Positions 25,447 to 34,699 of a stretch of 35,012 bases of DNA are shown one piece after another. The stretch comes from a bacterium (GTDB lineage: Bacteria; Patescibacteriota; Minisyncoccia; Phycocordibacterales; UBA5272): positions 1 to 35,012 of the forward strand of contig JAYTYR010000055.1 in NCBI GenBank assembly GCA_043742265.1, in the 5' to 3' direction. Under the pieces are notes generated by a model. That model ran no database searches. It saw nothing but the letters and a program-made list of their open reading frames with translations, and was not told the origin of the DNA. The translations under genes and the position numbers were made by a program. The number at the start of each line of letters is the position of its first letter. Positions within the stretch are counted from its first letter, which is position 1.

Positions 25447-26526
25447 GTGATAATAAATAAAATCTTTGCGAAAATAATACACAACACTAGACTATCTCTA
25501 CTTCGCAATGATATAGGCATAGATCTCGGCACTGCTAATATACTGGTATATGTGAAGGGGCTGGGCATAGTGATCAATGAGCCCTCAGTAGTCGCGGTAA
25601 ATAATAAAACCGAACGCGTAGTCGCTGTAGGCCTAGAGGCCAAGAATATGCTAGGACGTACACCCCAACATATACGCACCGTAAGGCCAATAGTGGATGG
25701 AGTAATAAGCGATTATGAAGTAACAGAGGAAATGCTCTCGTATCTAATAAACAAGGCTAATAATATGCAGAAGAAAATGTTTCGTCCGCGAGTAGTGATA
25801 GGCATACCTTGTGAGATTACAAACGTGGAGACCAGAGCAGTACATGATGCTGCGACAGCAGCTGGCGCTAGTGACGTATATATTATCGAGGAGCCTATCG
25901 CTGCGGCTATAGGTGCTGGACTACCTATACATGAAGCAGAAGGGGTAATGATAGTGGATATAGGTGGGGGTACTACTGATGTAGCTGTGCTATCCCTCGG
26001 CGGTATGGTAAAGTCTAAGAGTATAAAATTAGCAGGAGATAAACTAAACAGTGATATTATTAGCTTTATAAAAGAAGAATACAAAATGTCTATAGGAGAG
26101 AAGACGGCAGAGCGTATCAAAATGACTATAGGCAGTGCTATGCCTGTAGGAGATATATCAGAAGCTGTAATCAAAGGCCGTGACTTGGTCACAGGATTAC
26201 CAAAAGAGATTACTCTTTTGGATAATGATATACGGGGGGCTATGTATCAAACTATCGCTTATATAGTAGACACGGTGAGGGAAGTAATAGAAAATACACC
26301 TCCAGAAATATTAACAGACGTAATGAAAAATGGCATGACATTGACTGGAGGTGGAGCCTTGATCAAAGGCTTGGATACATTATTAGAGATGCAATTAAAG
26401 TTACCAGTTAGAATAGCCGAAGATCCTCTATCTAGTGTAGTGCGTGGATGTGGTATAATACTAGATGACTTGGACAGATACCAAGGTCTAGTCATAGATA
26501 CAGAAAATGCAGCCATATTACGCTAA
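25447..26526 (+). CDS. mreB: rod-shape-determining protein MreB
   Basis: 359 aa. DIGIDLGTANILVYVKG...EPSVVA...IEEPIAAAIGAGLPI...MIVDIGGGTTDVAVLSLGG...LTGGGALIKGLD are the actin-fold MreB blocks. Confidence 0.9.
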   Translation: MIINKIFAKIIHNTRLSLLRNDIGIDLGTANILVYVKGLGIVINEPSVVAVNNKTERVVAVGLEAKNMLGRTPQHIRTVRPIVDGVISDYEVTEEMLSYLINKANNMQKKMFRPRVVIGIPCEITNVETRAVHDAATAAGASDVYIIEEPIAAAIGAGLPIHEAEGVMIVDIGGGTTDVAVLSLGGMVKSKSIKLAGDKLNSDIISFIKEEYKMSIGEKTAERIKMTIGSAMPVGDISEAVIKGRDLVTGLPKEITLLDNDIRGAMYQTIAYIVDTVREVIENTPPEILTDVMKNGMTLTGGGALIKGLDTLLEMQLKLPVRIAEDPLSSVVRGCGIILDDLDRYQGLVIDTENAAILR

Positions 26527-27295
26527 AAAGAAAAATAGTAACATTTTATTTTATATACAATTAATATTTATAATACTGATCTGTATATTTTGGTCTCGTA
26601 TACGTCACACGATAGCACCCACCATTTCGGATAAACTGGTAAAAGTTTTTAATAGCAGTAATATTGTTGTAAGCAAGTATAATGATTTTTCTCTATATAT
26701 TAAAGATAGAAATGTGCTTAATGATACACTGAATAAGCTGTCTATTGATAATATGTATTTAGAAAATCAAATAGCCAAGTATAAATATAATGAGTCTCAA
26801 GATAAACTCAAAAATGAAATGGCAGATAATGGCAAGATAGATAATATAATAGCATACAGCTTGGGGTCCAAGGATAATTTTATATATGATAATTTGATAA
26901 TCAATGTAGGATATAGAGATGGCGTCTCTATGGATGCTATAGTATATACTAGGGGTATGCAGCCAGTAGGTCGCGTAGATCAAGTTAATAATAATACATC
27001 ACGAGTGAGATTATTATCCATCAGTGGAGCAGAAATAGAGGCTATATTAGAAATTAATAATGAAAAAGTCACACTCATAGGCCAGGGTGGAGGTGAATAT
27101 ATTACCAAAATTAAAAATAGATTACTATCTGACGGATATGGTGTAGGTAATAAAGTTCTGTTAGGCGAAGACACCAGCATGGTAATAGGTGAAATAATAC
27201 ATATAGATGCAGTCAAAGATGAAGATACCAGTTTGGTGCATGTACGGGGATATTATAATCCAGCCAGTCAATCTATATTTTTCGTTGATAAATAA
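26507..27295 (+). CDS. mreC: rod-shape-determining protein MreC
   Basis: 262 aa with an N-terminal TM, a coiled coil and then a beta-rich domain (..INVGYRDGVSMDAIVYT..G..VGRVDQVNNNTSRVRLL). Its position between mreB and mrdA supports the call. It overlaps mreB by 20 nt. Confidence 0.7.
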   Translation: MQPYYAKKKNSNILFYIQLIFIILICIFWSRIRHTIAPTISDKLVKVFNSSNIVVSKYNDFSLYIKDRNVLNDTLNKLSIDNMYLENQIAKYKYNESQDKLKNEMADNGKIDNIIAYSLGSKDNFIYDNLIINVGYRDGVSMDAIVYTRGMQPVGRVDQVNNNTSRVRLLSISGAEIEAILEINNEKVTLIGQGGGEYITKIKNRLLSDGYGVGNKVLLGEDTSMVIGEIIHIDAVKDEDTSLVHVRGYYNPASQSIFFVDK

Positions 27296-27299
27296 TAAC

Positions 27300-27443
27300 A
27301 TGATAATCAAAATAATATTTTATATATGTATCTGTGTAGCTATAATTATCGATTTACTTTTTAGTGATACTTTACCTTATTATTTTTTGATTATTATTTT
27401 TATTTATTTCTTATATCAAAAGGCCATTGTATATTTTAGATAA
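27300..27443 (+). CDS. tiny hydrophobic ORF at the mreD position (47 aa)
   Basis: MIIKIIFYICICVAIIIDLLFSDTLPYYFLIIIFIYFLYQKAIVYFR. The call rests on position only, and it is far shorter than canonical MreD. Confidence 0.3.
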   Translation: MIIKIIFYICICVAIIIDLLFSDTLPYYFLIIIFIYFLYQKAIVYFR

Positions 27444-27492
27444 AAATACATAATAATTATTAATTTACATATGGAAATAATATATTAAAATA

Positions 27493-29241
27493 ATGTTTAA
27501 AATCTTTAATAGAAAGAAATATAGCGGTTTAAAGTATGATAGCTTTGGTGAAATATTTCCAGAAGAGATACTATTAGACGCTACCAATATACCTAATTTT
27601 AATATGCAACAGTTAGAAGGATTCTTGGTGCATAAACTTAATAAAGCCCTAGCGTTATCAATGGGTGTATTGTTCTTTTTTATACTGTCTCTTTTTATTT
27701 ATAAAATGTATGCAATGCAAATAGTAGATGGAGACAAGTATAATCAATTAGCAGAACGTAATAAATTTAGAGTGGCACATATATTCGCACGGCGTGGAGC
27801 GATAATTGATCGTAACGGCACATTATTAGCTTGGAATACAGCATCCACCACCAGCTCTGTTATTAAAAGAGAATATATAGATAAAGAAGGCTTTTCTACT
27901 TTGCTAGGCTATGTCAGCTATCCTCGTCTGGATAAAAGTGGGGTGTTTTGGCAGAGTGAGTATATAGGCAAGGACGGTATAGAAAAGCAATATCAAACAA
28001 AATTAAATGGAACTCTAGGGACAGAGATCTATGAAGTTAGGGCCACCGGTGAAGTGTTGCCAGGTAAAATCACTAGTAATAGTATAGAGGGTGAAGCTGT
28101 CATTCTTAACATAGACGCAAATCTTCAAAACAAAATGTTTAAATATATAAAAGAGCTAGCTATTGATAAAGGTTTTAATGGTGGAGCAGGAGTGATGATG
28201 AATGTAAATACAGGTAAAGTAGTAGCTATCACCAGTTATCCAGAATATAATAATAATATAATGTCTAACGCTACTAGTAGTGAAGATAAATCTTTGATCT
28301 CAGAATGGCTAATAGGTAAAGATAATAAATTTACCAATAGAGCGATATCAGGACTATATACTCCAGGATCAACAGTGAAGCCTTTCATGGCTTATAGTGC
28401 TCTAGTAGAAGGTATTATAGATCCTTATAAAAATATATTGAGTACAGGCAAATTAGTAATTAAAAATAAATATGGTGGTCCTGATACCGTGTTCAAGGAT
28501 TGGAAAGCTCATGGCTATGTGGATATGAGACACGGCATAGCTGTATCATCCGATGAATACTTTTATCAAATAGGTGGTGGCTATGGAGATCAAAAGGGTC
28601 TAGGCATAGACAATATTTATAAATATATGAGTCAATTCGGTTTTGGATCCGATACGGGTATAGATTTACCAAATGAGCATCATGGCATAATACCAAATAG
28701 AGAATGGAAACAGAAAATGTATAAGGACGGCGATTGGAAGCTAGGAGACACGTATCATACGTCTATCGGTCAATACGGATTTCAAACTTCACCGATAGAG
28801 CTGCTACGCTCAGTGAGTGCCATAGCTAATGGCGGTACATTGGTCACTCCACATGTATATAGCGAAATACATACAGATAATAATTTTAAAAAAAATATAA
28901 ATAATAGTAGCCTGAACAAAGAAAGTATAAATCTAAATCTAGATCAGAGTAAATTAAAAGTTGTACAAGAGGGTATGAGACTAGCAGTGACAGATCAAAA
29001 TATAGGAACAGTGAAATCATTGTATGTGAAAGGTATAGATGTAGCTGCTAAAAGTGGCACAGCAGAGCTGGGGGTAAAAAAGGATAGAGTTAACTCTTGG
29101 GTCATGGGATATTTCCCTTATGAAAAGCCAGAATATGCTTTCGTCGTCATAATGGAGAGTGGCGATGTGAAGAATCTGACGGGAGCGAGTAGTGTAATGA
29201 GGAAAGTTTTGCAATATTTGGTAGAAAATCCAATACCTTAG
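27493..29241 (+). CDS. mrdA: penicillin-binding protein 2 (class B transpeptidase)
   Basis: 582 aa with an N-terminal TM. It carries SxxK (PGSTVKP), an SxN-like motif (SSD) and KSG (AKSGTAE). It sits in the mreBC context. Confidence 0.85.
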   Translation: MFKIFNRKKYSGLKYDSFGEIFPEEILLDATNIPNFNMQQLEGFLVHKLNKALALSMGVLFFFILSLFIYKMYAMQIVDGDKYNQLAERNKFRVAHIFARRGAIIDRNGTLLAWNTASTTSSVIKREYIDKEGFSTLLGYVSYPRLDKSGVFWQSEYIGKDGIEKQYQTKLNGTLGTEIYEVRATGEVLPGKITSNSIEGEAVILNIDANLQNKMFKYIKELAIDKGFNGGAGVMMNVNTGKVVAITSYPEYNNNIMSNATSSEDKSLISEWLIGKDNKFTNRAISGLYTPGSTVKPFMAYSALVEGIIDPYKNILSTGKLVIKNKYGGPDTVFKDWKAHGYVDMRHGIAVSSDEYFYQIGGGYGDQKGLGIDNIYKYMSQFGFGSDTGIDLPNEHHGIIPNREWKQKMYKDGDWKLGDTYHTSIGQYGFQTSPIELLRSVSAIANGGTLVTPHVYSEIHTDNNFKKNINNSSLNKESINLNLDQSKLKVVQEGMRLAVTDQNIGTVKSLYVKGIDVAAKSGTAELGVKKDRVNSWVMGYFPYEKPEYAFVVIMESGDVKNLTGASSVMRKVLQYLVENPIP

Positions 29242-29645
29242 TGGGGTCGTATCCTATGCAAATCATCTTCTATATGTTGTATTTCTTTTTCAATTGCATG
29301 TAGATCGACTTTTTCTTCTTCTAACTCTAGTTCAGTTTTCTCTGTGACCTTCTTCTCATGTCTCATACCAGACATCACTATGGACTCTCCGATAAAAATA
29401 GAAACGAATAGTCCACTCATAAGTAATATACACAGACCGAGTAGAAGTGACCCAGGTCCAGAAAAGAGTATAGACCCGAGCATTGTTTCTGATTGTAAAT
29501 AGTCCGCTGTATGCCACAGACCACGCCAAAAAAGTATGACCCCCATACCTCCAAAGAAAGAGTAGATAATAGGTATACGTGACATAGACCCACGCACATG
29601 GTCTTCTAATATATCAAAAAAGTTAATAATCTTTTGTATGTACAT
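29238..29645 (-). CDS. hypothetical membrane protein with an acidic coiled-coil tail
   Basis: 135 aa with 2-3 TM helices and then KKVTEKTELELEEEKVDLHAIEKEIQHIEDDL. Its stop overlaps the mrdA stop on the opposite strand. Confidence 0.5.
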   Translation of the reverse strand: MYIQKIINFFDILEDHVRGSMSRIPIIYSFFGGMGVILFWRGLWHTADYLQSETMLGSILFSGPGSLLLGLCILLMSGLFVSIFIGESIVMSGMRHEKKVTEKTELELEEEKVDLHAIEKEIQHIEDDLHRIRPH

Positions 29646-29689
29646 TATAAATACATTATATAATTTATTTTCCTTTTTTACAAAGGATA

Positions 29690-29698
29690 TGTTATACT
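29690..29698 (+). promoter_or_regulatory. extended -10 promoter TGTTATACT upstream of tRNA-Ser
   Basis: A TGnTATACT lies about 70 nt before the tRNA. Confidence 0.4.
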
Positions 29699-29769
29699 AT
29701 GTGAGCTATAGATATAAGGTACAAATATAAGTTATAAACTATATATTATAAAGATTAAAATTAATTTTT

Positions 29770-29858
29770 GGAGGATTCGCATAGTGGCCGAGTGCACTAC
29801 CTTGGAAAGGTAGCAAGGTGAATAGCCTTCGAGGGTTCGAATCCCTCATCCTCCGCCA
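29770..29858 (+). tRNA. tRNA-Ser (anticodon GGA), long variable arm, CCA encoded
   Basis: GGAGGATTCGCATAGTGGCCGAGTGCACTACCTTGGAAAGGTAGCAAGGTGAATAGCCTTCGAGGGTTCGAATCCCTCATCCTCCGCCA. The anticodon stem is CTACC/GGTAG with loop TTGGAAA. Confidence 0.9.
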
Positions 29859-29926
29859 ACACATATTTTTATCGGTGTCAACCCACTTGCCTGAGTAAGT
29901 GATGCGACCCGAGTGCTTGTAAAAGT

Positions 29927-29962
29927 AAACAAAAATACACGATCATTCGTGTATTTTTGTTT
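29927..29962. terminator. perfect 16-bp hairpin (aaacaaaaatacacga-tcat-tcgtgtatttttgttt), bidirectional terminator-like
   Basis: Perfect inverted repeat with A-rich and T-rich arms, about 70 nt after tRNA-Ser. Confidence 0.5.
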
Positions 29963-30218
29963 ATGCATTGGGTACTAATTCAAGTATTGGTCTTATCATT
30001 TCAATAATTTTTGTTCTTAGCCCAGTGTCTACAATTGCTTTTTCAAGCATATCTTGAACATTATCATATTTATTAAACAATATTTCTGATTAATTTACTA
30101 TAGACTCAATTTAATAAATTATTTTAATTTTTTGTTATAATTTACAATATGGAATTATCAAAAAAGCAATTATAGATTTAAGAAATGCAAAAATATCTTT
30201 GATATTTTTCATAAAATT

Positions 30219-30227
30219 TGTTATAAT
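30219..30227 (+). promoter_or_regulatory. extended -10 promoter TGTTATAAT for the C-protein/nuclease operon
   Basis: An exact TGnTATAAT lies about 60 nt before the ATG at 30287. An identical box sits at 30133-30141. Confidence 0.4.
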
Positions 30228-30286
30228 TAAATTAGTTGAGATATATACCATATATTTTAACCTATACATTATAATGGTATCAAATT

Positions 30287-30508
30287 ATGAACAACAAAGC
30301 AAGTAAAAAAATACCAAATATCGGTGCTAATATCAAAAAGACAAGGCAAGCACTTGGTGTGTCGCAAGACAGACTTTCTAAACTTGCTGATCTTTCTTTA
30401 AATACTGTCGTGAATGTCGAATCAGGACAAAGCCCTAACCCTACTATTGATACACTTTCGAAAATTGCCAAAGGATTGAATGTGTCGGTGGATGAACTAA
30501 TAAAATAA
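30287..30508 (+). CDS. XRE-family helix-turn-helix protein, candidate R-M controller (C) protein
   Basis: 73 aa. IGANIKKTRQALGVSQDRLSKLADLSLNTVVNVESGQSPNPTIDTLSKIAKGLNVSVDELI is a canonical HTH_3 domain. It lies 3 nt upstream of the nuclease gene. Confidence 0.75.
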   Translation: MNNKASKKIPNIGANIKKTRQALGVSQDRLSKLADLSLNTVVNVESGQSPNPTIDTLSKIAKGLNVSVDELIK

Positions 30509-30511
30509 TTT

Positions 30512-31295
30512 ATGAACAACGAAACTTTAAATAAAAAAGATGCAATTAAATCACTGGTGCGGACAGCCGTAGAATCTTACGCGACTGGTTTTAAGGCTAG
30601 ACATGAAGGCGAAGTAGAAAATCCAAATGGTGTAATAAATATGAAAATTCACAATGTATTCATTGCAGCACTTGGATCAGACATTCAATATTACTCTGCC
30701 TTAGTTCGCTCTCTCGATAGTTCACTTGGAAATATGCTCGAAGGAATGGCTGTTAATATTGCAAAGTTATTTTACGAAGTAAACAAAAGTGTTGAAGGAA
30801 ATTTATACCCTGAACAAACTTCAAAAATAGCAGAATTTCTTGAGGGTTATAAAAATACAAAAAATCCACTGGTTCCAAAATTGGATCATTATGAAACAAT
30901 AAGAAATATAAAACCCGATCCAAATTCAAAATTGAAAACAAAGGTGCATGTTAGTGATTATTACTTAATTGATAAAGATACAAACACACATCATTTAATT
31001 GAATTAAAAATTGGTGGAGATTTAGATAATAAAAAAGCACGTTCTGAAAAAGAAGCTATTTTTGAACAGTGTGCAATTCTTGCAAACTCACTTCCTGAGT
31101 CCGCAAAAATAAAAGCTCATTTTGCTACTGCCTACAATCGTTTTGGTGAAGATAGAGAATGGAAACAAGGAAGAGTTTTGGAATTTTGTATGTAAATCAG
31201 ATGAGGGGTATGAATTAATACTTGATACTTACAAAGAAAATGCACACCTTATAACAGATGCTCTAAATTCTATTAAAAATACTTATTTAGATTAA
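30512..31295 (+). CDS. putative type II restriction endonuclease (PD-(D/E)xK, TdeIII-like by recollection), with an apparent frame change near the 3' end
   Basis: The 227-aa ORF contains ..VSDYYLIDKDTNTHHLIELKIGGDLDNKK (D...ELK), which fits a PD-(D/E)xK core. It sits between the C protein and the MTases. Another frame stays open from 31113 to 31295 and reads as a plausible C-terminus. The family assignment is unverified. Confidence 0.45.
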
Positions 31296-31298
31296 AAT

Positions 31299-32429
31299 AT
31301 GAAAACAACTCCAACACTTATAAAATGGCCTGGGGGCAAATCAAAAGAATATGAGCAAATTAAAAATCTGATACCAAAATATGATCGATTTTTCGAGCCT
31401 TTTTTTGGTGGAGGTGCTGTTTTTTTAAACTTAAAACCCAAAAAAGCAATCATAAATGATATCTGTGAGGAACTGATAGGATTTTATAAATTTGTAAAAG
31501 GTGGAAAAGATAAAAAAGAATTTAAAAAATGTCTTTACGACTATGTTGATAATTGGGAGAAAATACCAAAATATTTAAAAATTTTTGAAGACGATTTAAT
31601 CTCTCTTTATAATGATTTTAGGGATGACAAAAAAACGCAAGCTGAAGTCAAAGAAATTATAACTAAAAAATTAAAACAAAAAGAAGAAAAATTTAATGGA
31701 CTTTTTTCAAAAGATTTTTGTCTTGACCCAAATAACTTACTTGAAGAAATTATTAAAAATCTTATTTCAAAAATAAACAGGACTAAGGCAATAGAGCAAG
31801 ATAGAGGTATTTTACCAGAGGGTGATTTACATAAAAATATTGAAACAGCTTTTAGAAGTGGTTTTTATATGCACTTTCGAAATGTTATGAATGAGAGTGG
31901 GGAAAAATATAAAATCTCATTAGCGAAAAAAATCTCAAACTATTACTTTATAAGAGAATTTTGTTACGCTTCAATGTTTAGGTTTAATGCAAGTGGGGGT
32001 TTTAATATTCCTTACGGAGGTATTGGATATAATGACAAAAACTTCAGAAGCAAAGTAGATTATATTTTTAGTCAAGAAGTAGAAAACTATTTTAAGAATA
32101 CAAAAATCTGTAATACGGATTTTGAAAATATATTTAAAGAAAATGATTTAATTTCATCTGATTTTATATTTTTAGATCCACCGTATGATACGGATTTTAG
32201 TGATTATGAAAAAGCAAGTTTTGATAAAAAAGATCAAGAAAGGTTGGCAAATTGTCTGTATAAAACAAAAGCAAAGTTTATCTTAATTATTAAAAAAACT
32301 CCTTTTATTTTTAATCTATACAATAATAAAAAAGATATTAAAATTGATAGTTTCGAAAAAACTTACTTATATAATGTTAAAGGTAGAAACGATAGAGATG
32401 TTGAACATCTTGTAATTTACAATTTTTAA
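31299..32429 (+). CDS. D12-class (Dam-like) N6-adenine DNA methyltransferase
   Basis: 376 aa. IKWPGGKSKEY...FFEPFFGGGAVFLN gives the SAM motif FxGxG, and FIFLDPPYD gives motif IV (DPPY). It is longer than E. coli Dam because of a Lys/Glu-rich insertion. Confidence 0.85.
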   Translation: MKTTPTLIKWPGGKSKEYEQIKNLIPKYDRFFEPFFGGGAVFLNLKPKKAIINDICEELIGFYKFVKGGKDKKEFKKCLYDYVDNWEKIPKYLKIFEDDLISLYNDFRDDKKTQAEVKEIITKKLKQKEEKFNGLFSKDFCLDPNNLLEEIIKNLISKINRTKAIEQDRGILPEGDLHKNIETAFRSGFYMHFRNVMNESGEKYKISLAKKISNYYFIREFCYASMFRFNASGGFNIPYGGIGYNDKNFRSKVDYIFSQEVENYFKNTKICNTDFENIFKENDLISSDFIFLDPPYDTDFSDYEKASFDKKDQERLANCLYKTKAKFILIIKKTPFIFNLYNNKKDIKIDSFEKTYLYNVKGRNDRDVEHLVIYNF

Positions 32430-33218
<789 letters not shown>

Positions 33219-33224
33219 TTTATT

Positions 33225-34265
33225 ATGAAAAAACGAACCAGCAAATATTCATACCATGTCGAAACTGCGATAAATGCTGCAAAACTCAGCATAGAAATGT
33301 TTAACAGGATTGACGCCATTCATTCTGACCAAGCATCCATTATATTCAATGCACAAGCGTGGGAAATGTTAGCTAAGGCACTTTTGTTGAAGAGTGGAAA
33401 AAATATAATTGAACAAGGTGACAAAAGTATTACAGCAGAAAAAGCGGTCAATAGACTTGAGCATGTTTTGAAGGTTATAAGTAAGGAAGAAAATCAAACG
33501 GTACAACAGATTATCTCTTTGAGGAATGAAGCACTACATAATATATATCCAAATCTAGAACAAGAAATTATAATTCATTTAATGTATTATTCTCTCAAAA
33601 CATTCCATAAAATTATAACCACTAATTTTAAAAATTATTCACCACTTATAAACAAGAATTACTTATCAGTGGCATTTAAGGAAACAACATTTTATTCTCA
33701 CAGATTAAACAAATTATTTAAATCTTCAAAAAAATATTCGTCAGAAAATAACAAAGCACTGTTTGTACTTGATCGAGCTTGTAGCTTCACTGAAAATGAA
33801 AACGGGAACACATATCAATCATATGAGGAGTGGAAAAAATCCATAAAATCAAAACCAAAAAAATCTAGGATAGCGATGCATTTAAGTATTTATGATTATA
33901 TTAACAATCAAGAAAATGTGCGAATAGTTCCAGTAGAAGTCAAAAAAGGATTTAAGGCAGAAGTTTCATTTGAAAAAACTAAAAAGCAAAAAGATGCGAT
34001 TGCAGTTATAGTTAAAAAGAGTGATCCAGATGTGGATTTTCCACATCTAGTTTCAGAGCTTGGAGTTAAATTAAATAAGAGTTCCTATTTTATACAGAAG
34101 TTACTTATAAAGTTAAAGTTTAAGGATAACAAAGATTATCATACATCGATAAAAACCGGTAAAAACTCAAGTACCCAAAAGTATAGTGACAAGACGCTGA
34201 CTTTCTTGAAAGATTATATTGAAAAAAATCTAGAATGGAATCCTTACAAGAAAAACAAAAAATAA
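33225..34265 (+). CDS. hypothetical protein, N-terminus DUF3644-like (by recollection), last gene of the R-M operon
   Basis: 346 aa. AINAAKLSIEMFNRIDAIHSDQASIIFNAQAWEMLAKALLLKSG resembles the A...yN.p....f.....AWElLlKA pattern. The C-terminal half is Lys-rich and possibly DNA-binding. It starts 6 nt after the MTase stop. Confidence 0.5.
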   Translation: MKKRTSKYSYHVETAINAAKLSIEMFNRIDAIHSDQASIIFNAQAWEMLAKALLLKSGKNIIEQGDKSITAEKAVNRLEHVLKVISKEENQTVQQIISLRNEALHNIYPNLEQEIIIHLMYYSLKTFHKIITTNFKNYSPLINKNYLSVAFKETTFYSHRLNKLFKSSKKYSSENNKALFVLDRACSFTENENGNTYQSYEEWKKSIKSKPKKSRIAMHLSIYDYINNQENVRIVPVEVKKGFKAEVSFEKTKKQKDAIAVIVKKSDPDVDFPHLVSELGVKLNKSSYFIQKLLIKLKFKDNKDYHTSIKTGKNSSTQKYSDKTLTFLKDYIEKNLEWNPYKKNKK

Positions 34266-34359
34266 TTTTAGGTCAATAAAAAATATATATTCCCAAAAAC
34301 ACAAAGCTACATGTTACAGTAAAAACAACGACAATTGTTGTTATTTATTTATGAGAAAA

Positions 34360-34632
34360 TTATGCATTGTAATATTTTTCATACAAAGTATATGCTATTA
34401 ACGCAGATATCGAAATAGTTAAAACTTGTACTATCTCAAAATCACCAACTCCGCCAAAATATCTAAAAGATGCTGGAATAAACGGCCACAAAATTGTCCA
34501 GATAAATATATATTTGTGATACTTTTTAGTTACTGAAAAACAAGAAAAAGTGAGAAGTGATACAGCAATCAGAAAATCAAAGGTGCCCATTATATACGCT
34601 AAATTCCCAGCAATACCATCTTCCTGATTCAA
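34360..34632 (-). CDS. hypothetical small membrane protein (N-terminus uncertain, abuts the GC-rich junction)
   Basis: 90 aa with 3 predicted TM helices. It has only a TTG start at the junction, with an internal ATG at 34590. Confidence 0.4.
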   Translation of the reverse strand: MNQEDGIAGNLAYIMGTFDFLIAVSLLTFSCFSVTKKYHKYIFIWTILWPFIPASFRYFGGVGDFEIVQVLTISISALIAYTLYEKYYNA

Positions 34633-34686
34633 TCCAGGCGCATGGCACCGGGTGTGAGTGTCTTAGCCCGTCGGCGCCGGCCAGCC

Positions 34687-34694
34687 AAAGGAGG
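34687..34694 (+). promoter_or_regulatory. strong Shine-Dalgarno sequence AAAGGAGG, 5 nt before the ATG at 34700
   Basis: This is the only canonical SD I could see in the window. The core genes lack one. Confidence 0.6.
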
Positions 34695-34699
34695 TTACG

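Noticed and set aside
27207-27299. The 5' part of track ORF 27207-27443, overlapping the end of mreC
   Set aside because: It overlaps mreC in another frame. Only the part from ATG 27300 is free-standing, and even that is called with low confidence.
29961-30080. Minus-strand mini-ORF (about 39-42 aa, ..YDNVQDMLEKAIVDTGLRTKIIEMIRPILELVPNA*) ending at the 29927-29962 hairpin; considered as an integrase remnant
   Set aside because: It has no tyrosine- or serine-recombinase motif, only a TTG start, and is too short to assign. It may be a remnant of some gene, but that cannot be supported.
30133-30175. TGTTATAAT-N7-ATG followed by an 8-codon ORF (MELSKKQL*), with an A6 run that could shift into a roughly 55-aa hydrophobic frame
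   Set aside because: The extended frame is a low-complexity Ile/Phe-rich translation that overlaps the C-gene promoter. There is no independent evidence for it.
30280-30519. ORF 30280-30519 (-), antisense to the C-protein gene
   Set aside because: The plus-strand ORF has a canonical HTH_3 domain, whereas the antisense ORF has none.
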